The notes beneath the pieces were generated by a model. That model was not told where the DNA came from, made no database searches, and saw only the letters and a list, made by a program, of their open reading frames with translations. A DNA stretch of 64,000 bases from Tubiluchus corallicola (Eukaryota; Animalia; Priapulida). Of the stretch, positions 54,469 to 64,000 are shown piece after piece. Positions within the stretch are counted from its first letter, which is position 1; the number at the start of each line of letters is the position of its first letter. A program made the position numbers and the translations under genes. The DNA is taken from assembly GCA_030141605.1 (NCBI GenBank), contig JAQGDQ010000005.1, positions 1,860,180 to 1,924,179 of the forward strand, written 5' to 3'.

Positions 54469-56421
54469 CTAGCATGATGAGCTAACATCAGATTGGGAAT
54501 CATCACTTTTACTGCTCGAACTGCTGTAACTGTCTTCAAAATCGACATGAGTATCAAGTGTGTTCTGTTCGACTTCACTAATTCGACTCTGATTCACTTC
54601 AGAATAATTCGAACAAGATAATTCTCTGCATTTTGCAACTTTTGCTGTTTTGCTACTCGCAGATTGGCAATACCCGAACCTGCACAGCACCAAACCAGCA
54701 ACAATGAAAACTGCTACAACAGTCACAACGCAACCAAGTGCTATAAATCTTGACGAGGTATACTGACTGGACTCCAAGAACTCACACTGTTCTACTTCTG
54801 TACAATAATCTAATACTGACGTATTTTGATCAGGAATATAACATTGATATAATGACCAGTCATTAAGCCCACTGAAATATAAACTGTCAGAGTTTAGAGC
54901 TTCACACAGTGGTGCAAACTGACAAGAGCATTGAAATGGATTTCGTGATATATCAACGTGAATCAAATGTGGATGCGACTGTAATTTGGACACTTCACTT
55001 GCAGTTAGATATTGAATACTGTTGGCTGACAGATCAAGGGAAACTAATGATCTCATGAAGGTGCACCATTTTGTGTTGACTAGAACTTTGGCAAATTCAT
55101 TACCATTTCCCGACCATATATTGGTTGCTTGCGATCTCACACTTTGGTTTTCATTGTAATATTTTTCACATTTTTCTTGTGATAACAACGGAATTTCAGT
55201 TAGATTATTCCCAGAAAGGTTCAATCTGAGCAAGTTAGCAAAGTTGTTCTTCGTAGTACCAACAATGGACTGCAACCCATTGTTACTCAAATCTAAATGA
55301 GCGAGCATGCGCATTCCATCAAAAATGTCACTTGTGATTGAGTCGATATTGTTCCCATACAAATTCAGCGTTTTCAGTTCGTCCATTTGTGTGAGACGAA
55401 ATAATTTATGTAATGCGTTAATGCTAGTTATGCCTGTCTTGGATAAATTCAATTCTTCAATGTTTGTTTTTCCTAAGATTAACAAACTTTCAGCAATATT
55501 CACTATATGAGCATTCATTGAAATATCCAAATTTTCCAAACTGGAAATATAGAGGGCAGAAGTTTCAATTAGTCGAATATTGCTGGAGGACAAGTTGAGA
55601 TTCTTCAGTGTTGAGTACACAGCTCTGAAGGCGTAAACTGGAATTTCGTGTATATTGTTATGACTGAAGTCAATAGTCTCCAGCTTTCTCATGTTTGCAA
55701 AAGCAGAACCCAAATGGGCGGACGTCAGGCTATTGTTGCTCACATTTAATACTTTCAAGTTTAACAAATTGGCAAAATTTGGCACTTTGGTAAAATTGTT
55801 ATGTGACAAGTCTATGACTTGCAGACATTTCTGATACTCAAACACATGTGGTGACAAATCACTCAACTTATTATTAGCGAGAAACAAATCCAACACTATG
55901 CCTAAGCCTGCAAAACCGTATTTTTCAATAGTGTGTATATGATTACTTTCTAAATGCAATTCTTTCAAGTTTTCCAAATACTGAAAGGTGAAATCGAGTA
56001 TGACACTGATGTCGTTATTTTGAAGGTACAAACGCCGAATAGAACTGGGAAACAACATCCTACTGGGTAGTTCAGTTATTTTATTATTGCTCAAGTCTAA
56101 CTCTATCAGTTGAATCAAAGATTCAAATGCAGCTCTGGGAACACGCTTGATTGCATTCCAGCTTAAATCCAGGATTGTAAGATGCGTCAAGCCTTCAAAT
56201 GTGTCATCATGGATCTCAGGGATGTTGTTTTTTTGGAGGAAGATGATTTCTGCAGCAAGCGGGAAGAAGGGAATATCTGTTTGGTTGCGTTTTTCACAAG
56301 AGACAGTGACTTCCTCACATTTACACAGTCCTCCACAGGAATACCGTCTCTCCATGAATCCTCCACATAACACAGGTAGCAGAAGAAACACGCACACAAT
56401 TGCACTGTTTAATAACAGCAT
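54469..56421 (-). CDS. Leucine-rich-repeat transmembrane receptor (Toll-like ectodomain, no TIR), 650 aa
   Basis: Signal peptide; LRRNT CGGLCKC...VSC; 17 LxxLxLxxN repeats; LRRCT NPFQCSC..C..C; TM FIALGCVVTVVAVFIVAGLVL; about 70-aa Ser-rich tail; splice acceptor at 56463-56464 upstream of the ATG. Confidence 0.95.
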   Translation of the reverse strand: MLLLNSAIVCVFLLLPVLCGGFMERRYSCGGLCKCEEVTVSCEKRNQTDIPFFPLAAEIIFLQKNNIPEIHDDTFEGLTHLTILDLSWNAIKRVPRAAFESLIQLIELDLSNNKITELPSRMLFPSSIRRLYLQNNDISVILDFTFQYLENLKELHLESNHIHTIEKYGFAGLGIVLDLFLANNKLSDLSPHVFEYQKCLQVIDLSHNNFTKVPNFANLLNLKVLNVSNNSLTSAHLGSAFANMRKLETIDFSHNNIHEIPVYAFRAVYSTLKNLNLSSSNIRLIETSALYISSLENLDISMNAHIVNIAESLLILGKTNIEELNLSKTGITSINALHKLFRLTQMDELKTLNLYGNNIDSITSDIFDGMRMLAHLDLSNNGLQSIVGTTKNNFANLLRLNLSGNNLTEIPLLSQEKCEKYYNENQSVRSQATNIWSGNGNEFAKVLVNTKWCTFMRSLVSLDLSANSIQYLTASEVSKLQSHPHLIHVDISRNPFQCSCQFAPLCEALNSDSLYFSGLNDWSLYQCYIPDQNTSVLDYCTEVEQCEFLESSQYTSSRFIALGCVVTVVAVFIVAGLVLCRFGYCQSASSKTAKVAKCRELSCSNYSEVNQSRISEVEQNTLDTHVDFEDSYSSSSSKSDDSQSDVSSSC

Positions 56422-58146
56422 GACATTTCAAGATATGGCTAATTTACCCATCATCTATGTGCCTGCAAAAAACAATGCATTCTCAAGAGCATTTTCACAA
56501 TGAATAATGCTTAACAAAACTAGCTCAAATCTACGGGAACTATATAACTACTACCGGAACTGCTTAAACTTGAATCACATGTATGACAAACAAAGTAGGT
56601 TTTTGTTTGACAACAATTTGCTTGGTTTGCAAAATAGAGATCATACGTCGTGAAGTGGGCTAATGTTACGTACAAACTAATACGGTGTACATTATTCTTT
56701 TACTAAAAACAATAAAGTTGTATATAAACTGTTTTTTTCTTGTTTATTAATAAAGTCTATACTAATAGTCTATACTACTTTGTTATGTTTAGTAAAACCT
56801 AAAAGACCAATGTCCAATATTAGCCTGTGTAGGACATTAGTCCATTTTACTTTATATAAAAAGCACAAAATTGCACAGTTTCCCCCTCTATCTCTTTCTC
56901 TCCCCTTCTCTCTTCGATTAAAAGAAAATTACGTAAATTGAAATTGGGACTGCGTTTTCTATTATTCAGAGTTCACGGCTGAAATAAAAGATTAGAGGCA
57001 CATGTATAAGAAGGACTTACACTAACGGCATTTCAGGTAGCTTAATTTCATGTGGGATTAATTTTGAACTCTATAATAAAGTTATAATGTTTGAAAAGTT
57101 TCTGACACTTTGCGTGCTGGCAAGTACTTTCATGTCATTAATGCAAACGTAAAATTAACAGTAATCTTCATTGTTAACTACAGTAATCTTAGTTGTTAAC
57201 CACGGCATTCTTTTTGCTGATAAGAGTAGCGTGATGGGTTAATTGGATAAAACTAGTTTCTTTTAAATAACAAAAGCTAACAAAACGATACAAAGTTTAG
57301 AATTGATTCAAAACGAATCAATGTCCCCCGCGTTACTATCTCGACGCATTTTAACTTTGTCATGACAAACCATTTTACAAAAAAATAATTGACTAAAAAC
57401 ATTTGCAGTTTTTAAATTGACCAAAATGAAACTATACTAGATTAATGACATACATATAAAGCAGTAAATGCTGCATTTGTAGCAAAGCTTACTGTTGTGT
57501 ACCTACTACATATATTCTACATGCTAAATTCATGCTAAATACACGCTTTAAGGAGATAATATCCACATTTAAACTTGTGATTTAAAATTGTAATCGGAAA
57601 ACAATTATTAAAGCTCTTCTGTAGATACTCCAAAACAGCCAGTAAGCAATGTTTACACATTCACGGAATTTAAAATCAACTATTCTAGTACACGTACCTT
57701 CAAACTTCCTTATTGACTTCATACATCTTAGTCAAATTTTACATTCTTATGTCGTTACAACGGGTAACATTTGATCACTCAGCAATTCCAATCATCAGAC
57801 TGTGACTGTTTAAAGAGGTATAGTGATAAAGCACATGAGTATGTCACCACCCCGCCTTTGCCATGTACGAGTTCTACCGGTATACGTACAGTCGACCGTG
57901 GAACCTATTGAATGAATACCTGCAATAAAATCACATTTATTACCACACCACAGAACAAAGCACAGTTTTGGAGCTACAGCAGCTTAGTTTAGCAGCTGCC
58001 AACAATCATAGCTGCGACTCAGACTCACGCATCAGCTATGATCCCGGTCATCAATCATAGGTAACTGAACAGGTAGAAAATGTTACCTGAACCGGCATGC
58101 GTGCCTAAATGCAATTTACGATCACCTGTTTAGTGCCTGTACCTCG

Positions 58147-58172
58147 CCAGGTAAAGTTTAAACTTTACCTGG
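58147..58172. repeat. Perfect 26-bp palindrome CCAGGTAAAGTTTAAACTTTACCTGG
   Basis: Direct reading. Confidence 0.9.
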
Positions 58173-60719
58173 TTGCGGATGTTAACAGCAAGAATTATTG
58201 CTGTCATTGTAATCATTTGCCTGGTATTTTACCCTCTAACTACTGAGGTGTTACTGAACCTAACAAGTGAGCGAACAGACATGCAATTAAAATAATGTAC
58301 AGGAGGGTAAAAACTCACAAGGAAATATGTATGTCTTGAAAAAGTGAACAACTTAAGTACTTTAGTACGGTGCACGTTGGTATCTAGTACTCAAAATTTA
58401 GATTTTTTTATTAGCAGTGACGGTTGTGACAAGACCGAAAGTTAGTGAATTTCGTTACCAAGAGTAATTGATTACGATGAGATAATAATCCAACACAAGG
58501 TTCGGAAGAATTAGAATTTTCTGTGAGTGAAAGGCAATCCTGGCAATCACTCATCCATATTGCTATCAATGTCAGCATTGCCAGCAATGTACTCTTCACT
58601 TCGCTAAATTAGTTTGTAATAAATAAACCAGGTGAAAATATGCATTATAACTTACGTTATGTTACGTCTAAGAAGTGGGTAATTATAGACATTTCTACTA
58701 CTAGTTCTTAGTGAATGAAGGGTTTATGCTGAAATATAATATTTTGCAAAGCTTGCAAAGTCCTCCTTGGGTAAGCTTACATCTTTTAAACTAATTTGCT
58801 TAAGCTCATCATAAGCTGCTCAGTGCTCATATTACTATAATCAGTTATGAACTCAATTTTTTGCTTTCCGAAATACTCAAAACAGAATTTGTTTCTACAT
58901 GTATATAATAGCGTTTTTTATTTTTTTTCTCCTGTGTTTTACTATTAAAATACTTCAGTATGTGTTCAGGCAAATCCCTACCCAAAGATGATCTTATGAA
59001 ATTAAATGTAAGGCCTGTACGTATAGAAAGCTATTAGTTTGTTATAAATCCTTTAGATTTATACACCATAGCAGTCTATGGTACGTAAAAGGCTACGTAA
59101 TTTTTGTTTCCCAGTTTATTTAATAACCAATTATTGTATACAGTAACTTCATGAACAAGTTATAAAACGATTCACATGATTATTAATTGTATCTATAAAG
59201 ACTTTACAAGAAATGTAAGTGTTTCCTAGTTTCCTTGCAACAGCAAAATCCCAATAAAACGCCAGATATTATTGTAGACCACAACCAATGTTAAATTCAT
59301 GTGTGATTTCTTTCTCAAGCTGAACGATAGCCACGTCCTGCTCACTTGTCAGAAATAACGAATTTATTGACAGGAAGGCAAATCAAAAGTAGAGTAGCAA
59401 GTTATGTCAGTTGTAGAAGTTAAGCAGTTTAGCTCTTCTATTTACTGATACACCTACTTTTAAATAATCAAAGCAAACGAAGATTAAAAGCTACTTTCCG
59501 GCTCAAATCTAGTTGTTTTTCATACAAGTTTAAATTTCACACAACGTTTCTAAATAATTATCATGGAAATAGTCTTGATTAGTGCTTACTTAATTGTGAA
59601 TCCGGCTACTATTGTTCGGCAGTTAGACCATGCACTCTATAGATCTTTCTAACGCTGTATACTGAGTCACAGTTTTCTTCACTTTTTCATATTTGCAAAC
59701 GTAGAGCGTCACCAAATTTAAGTAAGATGCACATTTTCCGATAAACCGGTGCAGTTGCACATACGCCAAAAGAACGAGGTAAACTATGCACTGGCGTATG
59801 CTTTTACACTCACCTTACAACTTTACGCATCAATGTTCGCGCATCAATGAAGTATTCTTCACAAGTAAGTTGCGGTCTAGTGGAGTACTGGGTATTGTAC
59901 ATTCTCGTGAGGAACTAGTTAACAGAAAAGAAGAGCGTAACGAGTCAGAACGTTAAAGCTCAAGCTTCCAGACAGACAGCGAATAAATAACAAATCTATG
60001 TATATTTAGTACAGAGCGAGCGAGTTATCGTCACTCAAATTCCATAAAGTGTATCTTAAAATGGGACTCACTAATTGTTTGTAATAAATAAGCTAGGGTT
60101 AAAGTTTCCATTATAGTCAGAAAATTTAAATTCATGGCAACTTGTTAGGCCTATAGCTAGTAGCCCCTAAGAAGTGGGCAACAAAATGGAATTTATTGCC
60201 GACCGGTTTGGAACAAACTGTTCATTATCAAACCTATATATTAGTAGCAACAGGTCAGTACTACTAACATATTGGTTTGTTTGTTTGTGGAGTATAGCAT
60301 AGTTTCATACCAATCAAGATATGTAATCTGTAAGGCAAATTGTTAAATTATGTATATAATGTTATAGCATATATCTTTTGGCTCTCTAACTACTGAATTG
60401 TATTTCGAGGTTGTTTCTAAACTCTGGTAAATTTCTTTGTTTTCGATGCCTTAATAATAAACACTTTTTTCGAAACCGGTCGGCAATAAATTCCATTTTG
60501 ATATAGTTACATTTATTTGCGAACTGTGGATAATTATATTTAACCGTACATATTGAAGTGTCATATTTAAACTTCAAAATCAAAATAAACAGTTTTCGAA
60601 GACTGGTACAGTATTTTACTGATTTTTCATAGTACAATGTAAATGTCTTCGTAACTAAGAAAACCGAATGTCAGTAAATGGTTTCATGCAGCTGTCGAGA
60701 GTGATGAGAAAAAACAAGA

Positions 60720-60784
60720 AAGAGAGAGACGACAGAGGGAGGGATAGGGAGGGAAAGAGAGAGAGAGAAAGAGAGAGAGAGGGG

Positions 60785-60883
<99 letters not shown>

Positions 60884-60885
60884 AG
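60720..60885. repeat. (GA)n microsatellite
   Basis: Direct reading. Confidence 0.96.
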
Positions 60886-61499
60886 AGTGTGTCAGCATGC
60901 CCAAAATCTCTCTTATTATTGTGTAGAATTATTACTGGAATATGTCTCGTTTTCGCGACTTAATTTTTGTGGATATATTAATAAATTGTGAAATTTCGTA
61001 AATAAGCCTATAGATAAAAAGACGAGCAAATTGAAGTGTAGAACCTAGCCTAAACATAACGTAAGTAGGCCTATAATTATCATAGTGCACTTCAGCATGG
61101 CAGAACAAGCAGGAGTAATAGAGCAGCTAGGCCCAAGAGAATAGTTCCATATTTCCATTATTTCATTATAGGTTAATATTAGGTCCATTGTTGAAGCTTG
61201 TACGTAATGGTAGAAAATTTTAAACAATGCAGTTTTTCATTCTCTCGCTCTTATCTAGGTGTATCAGTTTGTTCTGATGGTGTGAGAGTACAACAACTAG
61301 GCATGTCATATTGTTTTTTATCAAAAATGGTGCGTGTGCTACCATTTTTTGTTTTGATGTGCCTAACCAAACGTATAGTATCAAGTGAGTATTTTTCGCT
61401 ACCTTTTAGTTAGCTTTCGGCTACGCTCTTCTTATATATAGTTACTCTCCGTTATCCATCACAATTGGATACCTTGACTGTAAAAAAGCTTTTTCATGC

Positions 61500-62240
61500 A
61501 GCCATTCGATATTCTGCTGTTTCAACTTGTTTACTCAGCCTTGAATAGCACCTTTGAATTGGTTCATTATAGATGTATCTATGACTGCTTGAAGAAGCCA
61601 AGTATTTTAATTCTCTGGCTATAAGAGAATTTTGTCAGATCAAGCTTAGCCCATTTCTTATATCTGTAAACTGTGATGCCTTGATAATCTATTTGCAATT
61701 TCGCCGTTTTGTGCTTCAATAGCCCAAATGAAGTAATTTGACTTTATTTTCATGGAAGAGTATTTGTCATTCTAGTAATTAACTACATAGTTCATTTAAT
61801 ATCTTATTCGCAGAACGTCTTGATAAAAATGATAACTTACAATCGTCAACAAAATTTACAATTATTCTATCATCCTTACTTCAAAAACATTACTTCACAC
61901 TTGGGCAACACCTATAGCAGTTTTTGTGGCGTCATACCAAAAGTCCTCTAACGGATTACACCCTATCACCATCATAGATTAATAATCGTGACCATTTTTA
62001 TACCCTTTTGACTGAAACACAGCTTTTAAATTTTTCTTCACTTGTTTTAAGTTTGACTTCGTACTTCTTTGACAGGGATTTAGTTTCTCGTCTAGAACTT
62101 TGTTTTGTGTTACGAGTAAAGAAGTAAGAGCTATTTTCTTATAACCAAAATTTAGATTAGGAGGGTTAAGCTCCAGTTGCGTTTTTATTGTGCTGAATAG
62201 TATAAGTTCCGTTTTGTTAGAGTAGCAAGTAGCCATTGTG
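61500..62240 (-). mobile_element. Highly decayed CR1/L2-like LINE fragment
   Basis: NKTELILF and VLDEKLN remnants, typical of the region after the RT catalytic motif. Confidence 0.4.
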
Positions 62241-64000
62241 TACGGTAGGAAATTATCATAACACTTTTGAGAGTGTACATATATTCAAAGTATTCGAACA
62301 ACAACATTCTCCACTATTAGCATCTCCGCTTTGTCCTTAAGAATACTTGGCTTTTTCTCTAGCATGACATTTGGCTTTCTCTTGATAAATAAACCCGAAT
62401 CGCAACGTATTTATTCAGTACCTTACTCTAATAAGGATTTTGCAGTATTATAACCACCGAAGGAATTATTATCATCATATAACATCTGTAAATGGTTTGA
62501 CGGCGATGACGAAAAAGTACCTTTATTTTAATGATTGCCTTTGTCAGTCCTCGTTCATTTTCGAGGACGTTAATCAGCAGCTTCATCTGTCGCAAAAGCT
62601 GTCCCGTAAGATTTTGTAGATGATGCTTAATTTCAAGGATATGACAACAAATTACTATCTTTGCAGCTAATTATTTGGTTTTTTGTATCTCAGATTACTA
62701 AAACGATAGCGAAGACGTACAGCAGAATGTTTGTGATATATGGGATAACATTGGCAAAAGAACGCTCCTAATACAAAATTTAAATGCAGAGGACAATGAT
62801 GGCAATGATTTGTTATGACAGTTTTGTACTCAACATTATGCGCATTCAACACAGATTATGAACATTAAATATGATTTTAGTGTACAGGCATAACACGTTT
62901 AAGAAAATTAGTGTACAAATGGCACATTTATGGGAGAAAAAAGCCAAAGACACAAAGCGGCCTATTTTCGGAGAATCACCCGGAAATGGACCGTCAGTGG
63001 TGCATGTCGAGTTTTCTAGTCCACATCTAATCAATTAGCCATGACGGTTTTTACATGGATAATGGGATTTGGATCCAACATAAGATGTAAATATCACAGA
63101 AGTTAGTCATGCTTAGGTGTCAAAGAGCTGACATGTCACACATTTTTTTAACGACCAAGGGTAACTGTAAATCCGACGACATACAAAATAATTTTCTTGT
63201 TTATACTTAACATATTGAAAGATGTTAGTTTAGTTAGTTAAACCACAGTTATAATTTTTTTTACATCATTTAAATAAAAACAAGGTTTTGTGTCGGTTTC
63301 CTTCTTTGTCCTGTTGATAAACAACATCTAGAGCTCGAAACTCCTGACACTTTTTATAAATACTTACTTCGAGATAAAAATCGCTCATTGGATCACAATG
63401 AGCGATTGATTTCGATTACATATTACTACGTAGTACATCAATCAATTATAATGAGCATTGAGCAATCAATTTCTATTATGGATACATAGAGTTAAAACTC
63501 GCGGTGTTTTGAGAGTAAAGGTGTTTTGATCCTCCCGGGATCAGTCAACAAGATCGTTTTATTTTAACTTTAAAATGAGCAACTATTAAGTTGGTAAAAC
63601 AGTAAGTAACATCAGTGAGTACCAGTTATCACTATGACTGGAAAATTTAGGGCTCATGTTTAGGAGGTCTTGCTCGGACGAGTGCAGTTTTATTGATAAC
63701 GAAAAGCTGAGATGAGCGAGACACCGGGAGTGAGAAATTTAAAAAAATCGATTTTATCATTTGTAAACTAATTCTTGTATTTTTAAGTAAACTGGGAGAA
63801 GATTCCAGATTTCAACACAGTACATTATGTGCGTTATCCACAAGAATGTGACCTCTGTAACAAGTCGGGAATACTGCACTTGTACATGCGGTTTTACACA
63901 CGAACAAAAAATGGATTTCTCCTACAACGTTATAGCAGCTCCTGCAAATCGCTGACAATGAAAGATTGCAAGAGTTACAATTTGAAGTTAGACGTAGCTG

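Noticed and set aside
58411-58599. Small secreted Cys-containing peptide ORF
   Set aside because: Starts at GTG; from the first ATG the hydrophobic stretch is too short; no processing sites

Overview
AT-rich, microsatellite- and transposon-rich animal genomic DNA with GT-AG splice signals. It is probably from a lophotrochozoan such as an annelid or mollusc, inferred mainly from an NKY-like neuropeptide. Most short ORFs in the track are noise. Three coding loci are well supported. (1) A 118-aa secreted neuropeptide precursor (26813-27169, +) is predicted to release a 49-aa peptide with an NKY-like N-terminal motif but an unusual PFRW-amide end. (2) A 650-aa Toll-like LRR transmembrane receptor with a single-exon CDS (54469-56421, -) has 17 LRRs, a Cys-bounded insert, no TIR domain and an ITIM-like tail. 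(3) A signal-peptide-less single-pass membrane protein with a long tyrosine-motif tail (49636-50552, -) probably splices to a second exon at 48595-48907. The window also holds the likely 3' exons of an unidentified upstream gene, a 5'-truncated RTE-clade LINE with an 11-bp target-site duplication, decayed CR1/L2-like LINE fragments, and several MITE or foldback elements. All family assignments come from reading motifs; no database search was run.
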